56,936 nucleotides of DNA from an uncultured Eubacteriales bacterium (GCA_964574445.1 CAZNNQ010000007.1:1-56936), one strand, 5' to 3'; shown: positions 1 through 9,312, counted from the stretch's first letter. Notes: generated by a model not told the origin, from the letters alone. Made by a program: numbers and translations.

Positions 1-145
1 TACCTTCGTCAAAAAACATGTTTAATCTTTCTCTTGCTGTATATTTTCCTTTTTCGTGTTGTTTCTCGATAGCTTTTAATCCACCACCGAGTTCAACCTC
101 TTCACCCATTTTTCTTAATCTTTCTAACTTTGCCTGTGTGGACAT
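1..145 (-). CDS. Acyl-CoA carboxyltransferase subunit (methylmalonyl-CoA decarboxylase alpha / propionyl-CoA carboxylase beta family), 5' part only, runs off the window edge
   Basis: Not in ORF track. Manual translation from ATG 145 (SD GAGGTG): MSTQAKLERLRKMGEEVELGGGLKAIEKQHEKGKYTARERLNMFFDEG, the typical GGG..I.KQH..GK.TARER...FD.G N-terminus of this family. Confidence 0.85.
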   Translation of the reverse strand, partial: MSTQAKLERLRKMGEEVELGGGLKAIEKQHEKGKYTARERLNMFFDEG

Positions 146-170
146 TCTGAAAGTCACCTCTTTATATTTT

Positions 171-563
171 TTAGAATTTGCTATTCACATAGTCAATAAT
201 GGTTTTTAATGGAGTGCCTGGAGTAAATACTTCCGCAACTCCTGCTGCTTTTAAATCCGGAATATCATCTTCAGGAATAACTCCTCCTCCGATAACTAAT
301 TTGTCATTTGCATCTTGTTCTTCTAACATCTTTACAACTCTAGGCATTAATGTTCCATGGGCACCTGACAAAAGACTCATAGCAATAACATCTACATCCT
401 CTTGAATGGCTGCACTTACGATTTGCTCCGCTGTCTGTCTAAGTCCTGTATAAATTACCTCAAACCCTGCATCACGAAAAGCACGAGCTACAACTTTTGC
501 TCCACGATCGTGACCATCTAATCCTGGTTTTGCTACTAATATTCTAATTTTCTTTTCACTCAC
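171..563 (-). CDS. Cobalamin-binding small subunit of a split acyl-CoA (methylmalonyl-CoA-like) mutase
   Basis: [12 protein letters not shown] (DxHxxG), SLLSGAH and GG motifs. Start reassigned to GTG 563 after SD GGAGG. Confidence 0.93.
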   Translation of the reverse strand: MSEKKIRILVAKPGLDGHDRGAKVVARAFRDAGFEVIYTGLRQTAEQIVSAAIQEDVDVIAMSLLSGAHGTLMPRVVKMLEEQDANDKLVIGGGVIPEDDIPDLKAAGVAEVFTPGTPLKTIIDYVNSKF

Positions 564-584
564 AATATATCCCTCCACATTTAA

Positions 585-1940
585 TCAGTTTTCAAAAAGA
601 GTACTCATATCATTAACTTTTTCTAAATTATGAATTTTATCTAATAAACTTTTTTGTTGTTCTTCCGATATAAACCCAGCTGTAACTTTTCTGAATTTTT
701 CATCCGCTAAATTCCAGTCAAAGGGATTCATAAAGTCTCCTAGAGGATACTCAACTCTATAGGTAATTTCTTCTCCATCACTCATCTTAACATCTAACTC
801 ATGAATCCACTTTTCCAACCTGCTAGCTTTATATTCAGCATCAATCTTAGGATCATTTACAACTCTAACTTTTTTCATGGTCTCTCTAACTAATGGATTA
901 GCCGTTGATTCATCTGAAAAAGCATCATCATAAACATTTCCAAAAACCAAAGCTGCAGCGATACAATATTGAAGACTAAACTTATGTCCATATAAGGTTT
1001 TTGGATCCTCATTGTCAGTAAGTTCTATGGCAGAACTATATGTTCTGTCAAGAATGCTTTCTACATTTTCAGCCTTCAGTCCTTTTTCTTTAATTAATTG
1101 TTGAATAGCATAATTTGCAGAATGGGTATGACGACAACAAGCATAAGCTTTTATTGAGTTTGTCATTATTCTGAAAGGATTCCCAAAATCTTTAGAAAGA
1201 TCCTCCATATCATATTCTTTAGCCAGAGCCTTTACCAGACCTTTATCACCTTCTAGAATTCTGGTTGCACCAGTAAAACCTCTAGAAGCTAATTCAGCTG
1301 CAATAATTCCATTCATATTAGCTTTTCCAGCGTGCAATGTTTTACTCATTGCTCCATCATACATAAATTCCCAAAGACCAGCTGCCTGACTTCCCGCAGA
1401 TCCAAAACAATGATTCATTTGAACAGGATTTAGACCAAGCAAACGTCCCGCAGTAGCCGCAGCTGAAAAGTTTCCAGCTATTCCTGTAGTATGCCAAAAC
1501 CAGTAAGCAGAAGGATTAATAGCTTCTCCTACACGTGCTCCTACATCATACCCTGCTATAACAGAGGTTATAATATCTTTCCCAGTTTTTTTTAATTTTT
1601 CTCCTAATGCTAAAGCTGTGGGAACAGTAACTACAGCTAAATGAACTATGGAAGAGTTATGGAGATCATCAAAATCAAGAACATGTCCAAAGGCTCCATT
1701 TAAGCAGGCTGCATTTAACAGGGAGGTTTTAGGCAACCCTTTTTTCCACAAAGTAGCCTCATTACCACTTCCAAAATTTTCCATTGTATCGTACCAGATT
1801 TTACTTGCTGGTTTTTCACTTCCTCCTATTGCAACTCCGATGATATCTGCTATAACCATTTTTGCAGCTTCAACATTTTCTTTAGAAAAGTCCTCATAAT
1901 TTAATAGGCTTGTAAATTCAGCTAGTTTTCTACTATGCAT
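585..1940 (-). CDS. MmgE/PrpD family protein
   Basis: 451 aa with NG..GH.LDFDDLH, FWHTTG, KTLHAG and K.Y.CCRHTH motifs typical of the family. SD AGGAGG. Confidence 0.9.
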   Translation of the reverse strand: MHSRKLAEFTSLLNYEDFSKENVEAAKMVIADIIGVAIGGSEKPASKIWYDTMENFGSGNEATLWKKGLPKTSLLNAACLNGAFGHVLDFDDLHNSSIVHLAVVTVPTALALGEKLKKTGKDIITSVIAGYDVGARVGEAINPSAYWFWHTTGIAGNFSAAATAGRLLGLNPVQMNHCFGSAGSQAAGLWEFMYDGAMSKTLHAGKANMNGIIAAELASRGFTGATRILEGDKGLVKALAKEYDMEDLSKDFGNPFRIMTNSIKAYACCRHTHSANYAIQQLIKEKGLKAENVESILDRTYSSAIELTDNEDPKTLYGHKFSLQYCIAAALVFGNVYDDAFSDESTANPLVRETMKKVRVVNDPKIDAEYKASRLEKWIHELDVKMSDGEEITYRVEYPLGDFMNPFDWNLADEKFRKVTAGFISEEQQKSLLDKIHNLEKVNDMSTLFEN

Positions 1941-1980
1941 AAATTTTGCCTCCTTTAAAAATATTTATTTTTAAAGAGTT

Positions 1981-3633
1981 TTATATTTTTTGTACTGGAG
2001 TGTATTCACCAAAAACATCTCTTAGAACATCAGATATTTCGCCTAAAGTAGCATAAGTTTTAACTGCATTATAAATAGGAGGATATAAATTTCCATCTCC
2101 CTCGGCCACTTTTCTGAGTTCTTCTAATGCTTTTGCAACAGCTTCATTATCTCTATTCTCTTTTAACTCTTTAAGCTTCGCAGCCTGAAGTTCTCTTACC
2201 TTTGGATCAACTCGAAGAACGTTATCATTTTTCTTAGTTTCTGTTTGGAATTTGTTTACGCCGGGAATAATTTTCTCTCCATTTTCGATTGACATCTGAA
2301 GTTCATAGGCACTAGACTGTATCTCAGCTTGCATGTAACCACTCTCAATAGCTTTTACTGCTCCACCTAGCTCATCTATTTCTGCGATATAGCCTTCAGC
2401 TTCTGCCTGAAGTTTATCTGTTAATGATTCAATATAATATGATCCCGCAAGAGGGTCAATTGTGTCAGCAGCTCCACTTTGATAAGCAATTATCTGTTGG
2501 GTCCTTAAAGCGAGAGTAGCTGATTCTTCAGTTGGAAGAGATAAGGCCTCATCGTAAGCACACGTTGCCATTGATTGTGTTCCACCCATAACTGCAGCTA
2601 AAGCTTGTAATGTAACTCTAACAACGTTATTTAAAGGTTGCTGAGCTGTTAAAATACTTCCACCTGTATGGGTATGAACTCTTAGCATTTGTGATTTTGG
2701 ATTAGTAGAACCAAATCTTTCTTTCAATATTTTTGCCCACAATCTTCTAGCAGCACGGAATTTTGCAACTTCTTCTAAAACATCAATATCAGCACTGAAA
2801 ATCCATGAAATACGACCTGCAAAATCATCAATATTAAGTCCTGATTTTATCGCTGTTTCTATATATGCAATTGCGTTAGCAAAAGCAAAACCAATTTCTT
2901 GGCCAGCAGTAGCCCCTGCTTCCCTAATATGATAAGCTCCAAGACTAATCGTATTCCAGCTTGGAATATTTTCATGACAGTATTCAAAAATGTTTGATAC
3001 CAAACGCATTGATGCAGCTGGAGGGTATATATATGTTCCCCTTGCAATATATTCTTTAAGAACATCATTTTGAATAGTTCCTTTAAGCTCTTTTGAATCA
3101 AATCCCTGTTGTTCACCAACGGCTTGATACATTGCCAATAAAACAGCTGCTGGAGCGTTTATTGTCATTGAAGTTGAAACTTGCCCCAATGGTATTCCTT
3201 TAAAAAGTTCTTCCATATCTTTTAAAGAATCAATTGCAACACCGACTTTACCAACTTCACCTTCACTAACCTCATAATCAGAATCGAAACCGATTTGAGT
3301 TGGTAAATCCATAGCAACACTAAGTCCTGTAACACCCTGTTCTAATAAGTATCTATATCTAACATTAGTTTCCTCAGCAGTAGCAAAACCAGCATAACTA
3401 CGCATTGTCCAATAACGTCCTCTATACATTGTTGGTTGAATACCTCTTGTAAAGGGGTATTGTCCTGGAAACCCTACATCATTAACATACTTTTCCTCCG
3501 ATGTATCTACATCTAATGGAGTATATACTCTTTCTGGCTTAAGAAATTTTCTTTCACCATTTTTAGCTAAGGCCTTGTCTAATACTTTTTCTTCCCATTC
3601 TTTTTTTGCAGTAAATATTTTGTTATCATTCAT
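1981..3633 (-). CDS. Acyl-CoA mutase large (substrate-binding) subunit, methylmalonyl-CoA mutase family
   Basis: PGQYPFTRG, WTMRSYAGF, GLSVAMDLPTQ, GTIQNDVLKEYIARG, YHIREAGA, DPLAGSYYIE. No fused B12 domain. Confidence 0.93.
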   Translation of the reverse strand: MNDNKIFTAKKEWEEKVLDKALAKNGERKFLKPERVYTPLDVDTSEEKYVNDVGFPGQYPFTRGIQPTMYRGRYWTMRSYAGFATAEETNVRYRYLLEQGVTGLSVAMDLPTQIGFDSDYEVSEGEVGKVGVAIDSLKDMEELFKGIPLGQVSTSMTINAPAAVLLAMYQAVGEQQGFDSKELKGTIQNDVLKEYIARGTYIYPPAASMRLVSNIFEYCHENIPSWNTISLGAYHIREAGATAGQEIGFAFANAIAYIETAIKSGLNIDDFAGRISWIFSADIDVLEEVAKFRAARRLWAKILKERFGSTNPKSQMLRVHTHTGGSILTAQQPLNNVVRVTLQALAAVMGGTQSMATCAYDEALSLPTEESATLALRTQQIIAYQSGAADTIDPLAGSYYIESLTDKLQAEAEGYIAEIDELGGAVKAIESGYMQAEIQSSAYELQMSIENGEKIIPGVNKFQTETKKNDNVLRVDPKVRELQAAKLKELKENRDNEAVAKALEELRKVAEGDGNLYPPIYNAVKTYATLGEISDVLRDVFGEYTPVQKI

Positions 3634-3651
3634 AATTTTTCTCCTCCTAAT

Positions 3652-5169
3652 TTATATCTTTTTACTAAAATCCATAGTTCCGTGTTTCATAGCATATACT
3701 TGCCAGGATAAAGCTTCTTCAAGAATGTGGGGCTCATGACCACCAACTTCTTTTTCTGCTCTCTCTACATAATCCATTAATTGAGCTCTAAATTTCGGGT
3801 GGGCACAATTATTTATTAATAATCTAGATCTCTCTCTTGGAGCTTTTCCTCTCAAGTCTGCAAAACCGTACTCAGTAACTACTACCATTGTATCATGTTC
3901 TGTGCTGTCAACATGGGATACCATTGGCACTATTCTAGAGCATTCGTCATTTTTTGCAGTAGAGTTCGTCAAAAATACTGAGATATAAGCGTTTCGAGTA
4001 AAATCAGCAGAACCACCAATACCATTTACCACATGAGTTCCGTTCACATGAGTTGAGTTCTCATGACCGTATATATCAATCTCTATTGCTGTATTTAAAG
4101 AGATAACTCCTAATCTACGAGACATTTCTGGATGATTTGTAATATCTAAAGGTCTTAATAGCATATGTTTTTTATATCTTTCTATGTCATTTCTTACACG
4201 TTCTAGAATTTGTGGATTTGAGGTAAAGGAGGATGCAGAAGCAAATTTAACTTTCCCTGCATCAATAAGATCGAAAACAGAGTCTTGTAAAATTTCTGAA
4301 TACATGACTAAGTCTTCAAAGGGTGAATCCAAAAATCCTAAAAATACAGCATTAGCGATTGACCCAACACCTGATTGCAAAGGCATAAGGCTCTTTGTTA
4401 GTCTACCCGCTTCAATTTCCCCAAGGAAAAACTTTGTCAGATTTCGAGCAATTACCTTACTCTTTTCATCTGGAGGAACCAAAGGCGTGAGCTTGTCTGA
4501 AACATCTGACTCAACTATACATACAATTTTATCAAGACCACATTCACAATATGGGGTGCCTATTCTATCATCAACCTTATAAATAGGTATTTCTTTTCTA
4601 TGGGGAGGTAGATCTTGAATATATATATCATGAACTCCCTCTAAACCTTCTGGTTGATGTGTATTAATTTCTACTATTACTTTTTTGGCTTTTTTTACCA
4701 TTACAGGGGTATTTCCGACACCGGTAGTCAATATTAAGTGTCCTTCTTCGGTTACAGCAGTACACTCAACTATACAAAGGTCAATATCCCCTAAAAAACC
4801 ATAATTAATTTGCTGTCCACAATGACTTAGATGCATATCATAATAGTTTATATCTCCATTATTTATTCTTTCTTTCATGCTTTTGTGAGCACAGGCATAA
4901 TATGGAAATCTTCGATCTACTGCATCAACAGCTGCTAGAGCTTCTTCAATTTCTTTACCTACAGAAGCTCCTGATGTTAAATTAACTTTTAATTTTCTTC
5001 CATTCTTAACTTGTTCAGCTAAAGCCAGTGTAACAACTTTCGGATAACCGGAAATAGCAAAACCACTGATACCTAAGGTCATACCATCTTCAATAAATCC
5101 AGCTGCAGTATCAGCATCAACAATCCTTTCAAACAACAACGGGTTACGTAATTGCTTTTTCGTTAACAT
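3652..5169 (-). CDS. Acetyl-CoA hydrolase/transferase family CoA-transferase (succinate CoA-transferase-like)
   Basis: PLQSGVGSIANA, YSEILQD (catalytic Glu region), NGIGGSADF, VTEYGFADLRG. Start reassigned to ATG 5169 after AAGGAGG. Confidence 0.9.
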   Translation of the reverse strand: MLTKKQLRNPLLFERIVDADTAAGFIEDGMTLGISGFAISGYPKVVTLALAEQVKNGRKLKVNLTSGASVGKEIEEALAAVDAVDRRFPYYACAHKSMKERINNGDINYYDMHLSHCGQQINYGFLGDIDLCIVECTAVTEEGHLILTTGVGNTPVMVKKAKKVIVEINTHQPEGLEGVHDIYIQDLPPHRKEIPIYKVDDRIGTPYCECGLDKIVCIVESDVSDKLTPLVPPDEKSKVIARNLTKFFLGEIEAGRLTKSLMPLQSGVGSIANAVFLGFLDSPFEDLVMYSEILQDSVFDLIDAGKVKFASASSFTSNPQILERVRNDIERYKKHMLLRPLDITNHPEMSRRLGVISLNTAIEIDIYGHENSTHVNGTHVVNGIGGSADFTRNAYISVFLTNSTAKNDECSRIVPMVSHVDSTEHDTMVVVTEYGFADLRGKAPRERSRLLINNCAHPKFRAQLMDYVERAEKEVGGHEPHILEEALSWQVYAMKHGTMDFSKKI

Positions 5170-5233
5170 TTTTTTCCTCCTTATTACTAATAGTATCATG
5201 CTATGTATGCAAACTTTCTTATAGTTTGTAATT

Positions 5234-5280
5234 ATAGTATCATTTTTAACTATTGTTTGCAACTAAATAATAGTTAAAAA
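5234..5280 (-). promoter_or_regulatory. Putative sigma-A promoter (TTGCAA-17-TACTAT, TGn extension) overlapped by a 12-bp inverted repeat, candidate operator
   Basis: TTTTTAACTATT (5243-5254) N14 AATAGTTAAAAA (5269-5280) brackets the -35 hexamer. Confidence 0.5.
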
Positions 5281-5287
5281 TATAATA

Positions 5288-5326
5288 ATAGAGGGCTGTG
5301 TAATATAAATTACAACAGCCCTCTAT
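5288..5326 (-). terminator. Hairpin, probable terminator after the C-GCAxxG-C-C gene
   Basis: ATAGAGGGCTG...CAGCCCTCTAT inverted repeat. The U-tract is weak. Confidence 0.65.
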
Positions 5327-5338
5327 ACTCTTTAACTA

Positions 5339-5824
5339 TTATCTAATAATATTGTTCCCTGCTAATTCTGCTCCGTACTTTATTATTCCTTTACAGAATC
5401 TTTTTCTTTCAATACTTTCTTTGTCTTCAAAAGGATCTATTAACTCACTGCAAACTACACTGCCATACTTTCCTTGAAACTCTCTGACCATGTTTCCGAA
5501 AAATTCATAAACCCCATCTTTACCATTTAGTTCCTCTACTCTTTCCTTCATGGTTTCTTTTTCAAGGGGATCTTTCCTACCTTTTACTGTAGCAGCCGCT
5601 AAACAAGCACCAATTAATGCACCGCAAGTATTTCTTGTTTTGCCAATACCAGCTCCAAAAGGAGAAGCTAAAGCTATTATCTCTGGAGGGTAGCTCGTCT
5701 CTTCCAAATCTAACCAGGATTTTAAAACGCATTCTGAACAGTTAAGTCCTACATTGTAATAATTGCCAGCTAATTTAATCATTTCTTCTTTTTTCTCTTC
5801 CTTTGTCATTTCACTCATCTCCAT
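5339..5824 (-). CDS. C-GCAxxG-C-C family putative redox-active protein
   Basis: NCSECV, FGAGIG..TCGALIG, VCSEL and terminal FC cysteine pattern. The start may be 5809. Confidence 0.85.
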   Translation of the reverse strand: MEMSEMTKEEKKEEMIKLAGNYYNVGLNCSECVLKSWLDLEETSYPPEIIALASPFGAGIGKTRNTCGALIGACLAAATVKGRKDPLEKETMKERVEELNGKDGVYEFFGNMVREFQGKYGSVVCSELIDPFEDKESIERKRFCKGIIKYGAELAGNNIIR

Positions 5825-5859
5825 TATAAATATCTAATCCGTAATCATAGTATAATATT

Positions 5860-5888
5860 ATTATATTCATTCTTATTATACATGTAAA
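5860..5888 (-). promoter_or_regulatory. Putative sigma-A promoter for the C-GCAxxG-C-C gene
   Basis: TTTACA-17-TATAAT on the minus strand. Confidence 0.5.
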
Positions 5889-5901
5889 CTATTTATAAAA
5901 C

Positions 5902-5936
5902 AAAAAAATCCCCATATCCTGAGGATATAGGGATTT
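5902..5936 (-). terminator. Intrinsic terminator of rplM-rpsI
   Basis: AAATCCC.ATATCC stem followed by a T-run on the minus strand. Confidence 0.8.
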
Positions 5937-5949
5937 GTATTCTTTGAAA

Positions 5950-6345
5950 TTATCTTTTTGAGAACTGAGAAGCTTTACGAGCCTTTTTAAGACCGTATTT
6001 TCTTCTTTCTTTCATTCTTGGGTCTCTAGTTAAGAAACCTGCTCTTTTTAGTGATGGTCTTAAGCCTGGTTCTGCTTTAAGTAATGCTCTTGCAATACCT
6101 AATCTAATAGCACCAGCCTGGCCTGTTCCGCCACCGCCCTGAACTTTACATACAACATTAAATCTACCTTCTGTCTCAGTTAATACCAGAGGTTGCTTAA
6201 TGATCATTTCTAAAGTTTTCTTATCAACATAGTTTTCTAATTCTCTACCATTAATGGTGATGTTTCCATCGCCTGGTAATAGTCTTACTCTTGCAATGGA
6301 CTTCTTACGACGTCCTGTTCCATAGTATTGAACTTGATCTGCCAT
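5950..6345 (-). CDS. rpsI: 30S ribosomal protein S9
   Basis: YYGTGRRK...QFSKR. Start at ATG 6345 after GGAGG. Confidence 0.98.
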   Translation of the reverse strand: MADQVQYYGTGRRKKSIARVRLLPGDGNITINGRELENYVDKKTLEMIIKQPLVLTETEGRFNVVCKVQGGGGTGQAGAIRLGIARALLKAEPGLRPSLKRAGFLTRDPRMKERRKYGLKKARKASQFSKR

Positions 6346-6362
6346 AATTTGCTTCCTCCTTC

Positions 6363-6794
6363 CTAACCTTGCCATACTTCAGGTTTCTGTGCTTGATGAG
6401 GATGCTCAGAACCTTGGTAGACATTTAATTTTGTAAACATTTTTGCACCCAAACGATTATGGGGAAGCATGCCTTTTACAGCTACTTCAATGGCTAATTC
6501 AGGTCTTTTTTCCAATAGATCTCTATACTTAGTCCTTTTTAAACCACCAGGATGTCCACTGTGACGAATTAATTCTTTTTGATCTAATTTATTTCCTGTA
6601 AGCTGAATTTTCTCTGCATTAATAATGATTACGTGATCACCGCAATCAACATTTGGTGTAAATGTAGGTTTGTGTTTTCCTCTTAATACTGAAGCAACAA
6701 CAGAAGCCATTCTTCCTAAAGTTTGGCCTTCCGCGTCGAAAATATACCATTTTCTTTCCACTTCAGTTGGCTTAGCCATGTACGTGGTACGCAT
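6363..6794 (-). CDS. rplM: 50S ribosomal protein L13
   Basis: [30 protein letters not shown]. Confidence 0.98.
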   Translation of the reverse strand: MRTTYMAKPTEVERKWYIFDAEGQTLGRMASVVASVLRGKHKPTFTPNVDCGDHVIIINAEKIQLTGNKLDQKELIRHSGHPGGLKRTKYRDLLEKRPELAIEVAVKGMLPHNRLGAKMFTKLNVYQGSEHPHQAQKPEVWQG

Positions 6795-6799
6795 ATCAA

Positions 6800-6866
6800 T
6801 TTCCTCCTCTGATAAGGTTCATCATATTAAACAAGTTAACGGGGCTCGCTTAACAATAAACCACAA
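6800..6866 (-). ncRNA. Probable L13 leader (ribosomal protein autoregulatory RNA)
   Basis: Lies between the promoter and the rplM SD and contains the GCCCCG core resembling Firmicute L13 leaders. Not model-scored. Confidence 0.5.
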
Positions 6867-6869
6867 TTT

Positions 6870-6898
6870 ATTGTAATAAAACACTTACTTTATGTCAA
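6870..6898 (-). promoter_or_regulatory. Sigma-A promoter of rplM-rpsI
   Basis: TTGACA-17-TACAAT, with -35 overlapping the truA stop. Confidence 0.8.
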
Positions 6899-7653
6899 TA
6901 GTAAACTTCCTTTAAATATAATCCTGAAGCTGGTGCTTTTTTGGATCTGAGACTTCTATCCCCAGTTTCCAATGCTTCTATAATAGATTCAATATTTTTT
7001 TTCCCTGTACCAACATCCAATACAGTTCCAACAACAAGCCTTAACATATTATAAACAAATCCTCTTCCGATAAAATGAAACCAAAGTTCATTTCCTTCTT
7101 CAGTTAAATATGCTTCATAAACTGTTCTTCTAAAATGAGGAACATCTGTGTGTTTTGATGAAAAAGCTCTAAAGTCCTTTTCCCCCACAAATTCATCTAA
7201 GGCAAGTTTCATTTTTTCTATATCAAGATCGGCAGGAAAATAATATTTATAATTATGTTGAAAAACTTCTGGACGTTCACCCCTAAGAACTTTATAGATA
7301 TAATACTTCTTAGTTGCAAGATGTCTTGCGTGAAACTCGGGAGGAGCATCTTCCATTGATTTTATATATATGCTTAAAGGTAGCTTATTATTAGTTACAA
7401 ATCTTAAATTTTCTACAGGAATAGGATTTTCTGTTTTAAAACTAATTGTATAATTGCAAGCATGAACCCCCGCATCAGTTCTGCTACAACCGTAAATTTT
7501 TATCTTTTCATTTAAAGTATGCTTTATTGCTTGTTCAAGAACTCCCTGAACAGTTGGACCCCATTTTGTCTGTTTCTGAAATCCTTTATAATGACTACCA
7601 TCAAACTCAATAGTTGCTCTAATATTTCTTTTCATAAAAACACCATAATTCAT
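6895..7653 (-). CDS. truA: tRNA pseudouridine(38-40) synthase
   Basis: FDGSHYKGFQ, GCSRTDAGVHA, GFVYNMLR, APASGLYL. The start may be 7635. Confidence 0.96.
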   Translation of the reverse strand: MNYGVFMKRNIRATIEFDGSHYKGFQKQTKWGPTVQGVLEQAIKHTLNEKIKIYGCSRTDAGVHACNYTISFKTENPIPVENLRFVTNNKLPLSIYIKSMEDAPPEFHARHLATKKYYIYKVLRGERPEVFQHNYKYYFPADLDIEKMKLALDEFVGEKDFRAFSSKHTDVPHFRRTVYEAYLTEEGNELWFHFIGRGFVYNMLRLVVGTVLDVGTGKKNIESIIEALETGDRSLRSKKAPASGLYLKEVYY

Positions 7654-8450
7654 ATACTAGTTTTAAAATATATTACTGCTGATAACAGTAATGTAACAGT
7701 AAATATCGCTATAAAATCTCTTGAAGAATAAGCGAGTTCACGTAACCTTGATCTCCCTTCTCCTCCTCTGTAGCATCTTGCTTCCATTGCGATTGCTAAA
7801 TCATCCGCACGCCTAAAGGAACTAATGAAAAGGGGAACCAAGATCGGAATTAAAGCCTTTGCTCTGTTGATAAGATTCCCACTTTCGAAATCTGCTCCTC
7901 TAGCCTTTTGAGCATTCATAATCTTTTCAGTTTCTTCAATTAGAGTTGGAATAAATCTTAAAGCTATTGTCATCATCATAGCCAACTCATGTGCAGGAAT
8001 ACCAATCTTTTTAAAGGGATTAAGCAACTTTTCAATTCCATCAGTTAAGGAAATTGGCGTAGTACTTAAAGTTAGAACTGAAGTTATTATAATTAATAAT
8101 GCTAACCGCAAGCCCATAAAAAAACCTTGCCATAGGCCTTCTCTTGTTAACCTTAATATACCCCAGCTCCAAATCTCCTCACCTGGAGTCAAGAAAAAAT
8201 GCATTGTAGATGTAAGGACAATAATTATTAATAATGGTTTTAAACCTTTTAAATAATGCTTTATAGAAATTTGGGATAACAAGATCACAAATAGAGTAAA
8301 TGCCGAAACCAAAGCATAAGATAAGCCATCTTTAGCAGTAAAGAGTGCAGCCATAAAAATAAAAACTGCAAAAATCTTCCCTCTTGGATCCATCTTATGA
8401 ATAAATGAATCTCCAGCAATATATTGACCAATAGTAATATCTTTAAGCAT
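7650..8450 (-). CDS. ecfT: ECF transporter transmembrane component
   Basis: Hydrophobic protein with AQKARG and AMEARCY motifs, in ecfA-ecfA-ecfT-truA synteny. Confidence 0.95.
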   Translation of the reverse strand: MLKDITIGQYIAGDSFIHKMDPRGKIFAVFIFMAALFTAKDGLSYALVSAFTLFVILLSQISIKHYLKGLKPLLIIIVLTSTMHFFLTPGEEIWSWGILRLTREGLWQGFFMGLRLALLIIITSVLTLSTTPISLTDGIEKLLNPFKKIGIPAHELAMMMTIALRFIPTLIEETEKIMNAQKARGADFESGNLINRAKALIPILVPLFISSFRRADDLAIAMEARCYRGGEGRSRLRELAYSSRDFIAIFTVTLLLSAVIYFKTSI

Positions 8451-9312
8451 GAGCATTCGCTCCTTTGAAAAATCCTTTTTTTAACTCAAGGACAGCTTCT
8501 TCTACTGTAAAAACATTCTTATCAAGAACTATTCCTTTTTCTTCAAGGCGATAAAAAAGCTCCGTTACTACAGGAACACCAAGGCCTATTTCTTTTAATC
8601 TATCTCTACTTTTAAAAACATCTGACGGCTTCCCCATCATCTCAACTTGCCCTTTATGCATCACAATGAGCTTGTCTGCAAATCTAGCAACATCATCCAT
8701 ACTGTGGGACACAAGAACTATAGTCATACCAAACTCTTCATGCAATTTCTTGATTTGGTATAATATTTCTTCTCTTCCTTTAGGGTCTAATCCAGCCGTA
8801 GGTTCATCTAGAACCAAATATTTAGGTTTCATTGCAATAATACCTGCAATAGCAACTCTTCTCTTCTGTCCTCCACTTAAATTAAATGGAGACTTATCTT
8901 TTATGCTCTTATAATTTAACTGAACTGCTTCCAGCGCCTCTTTTACTATTTTCCTTTTTTCATTCTCTGAAAAACCTAAGTTTTCCGGACCATATCCAAC
9001 ATCTTTTTCTACGGTTTCTTCAAAAAGCTGATGTTCAGGATATTGAAAAACAAGACCTACTTTTTTCCTTACGTCTCTCATCTTAATTTTTTTTTCACTA
9101 GTTGTTAACTCATCAACCTGGACAGTTCCAGAAGTTGGGATTACAAGACCATTAAGATGCTGTACTAATGTAGATTTTCCAGAACCTGTATGGCCAATAA
9201 GACCAACAAATTCACCTTCATTAATATCTAGACTCACACCCTTTAAAGCATGAGTTTCATAAGGTGTTCCTTTTTGATAGGTATAATAAAGATCTTTTAT
9301 AATTATTGGCAT
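8443..9312 (-). CDS. ecfA2: ECF transporter ATPase
   Basis: GHTGSGKST, FQYPEHQLF, LSGGQKRR, LDEPTAGLD. Confidence 0.95.
   Translation of the reverse strand: MPIIIKDLYYTYQKGTPYETHALKGVSLDINEGEFVGLIGHTGSGKSTLVQHLNGLVIPTSGTVQVDELTTSEKKIKMRDVRKKVGLVFQYPEHQLFEETVEKDVGYGPENLGFSENEKRKIVKEALEAVQLNYKSIKDKSPFNLSGGQKRRVAIAGIIAMKPKYLVLDEPTAGLDPKGREEILYQIKKLHEEFGMTIVLVSHSMDDVARFADKLIVMHKGQVEMMGKPSDVFKSRDRLKEIGLGVPVVTELFYRLEEKGIVLDKNVFTVEEAVLELKKGFFKGANAHA

Noticed and set aside
5170-5340. Cobalamin riboswitch or sigma-54 promoter for the mutase operon
   Set aside because: The spacer is very AT-rich, with no B12-box and no TGGCAC-N5-TTGC motif.
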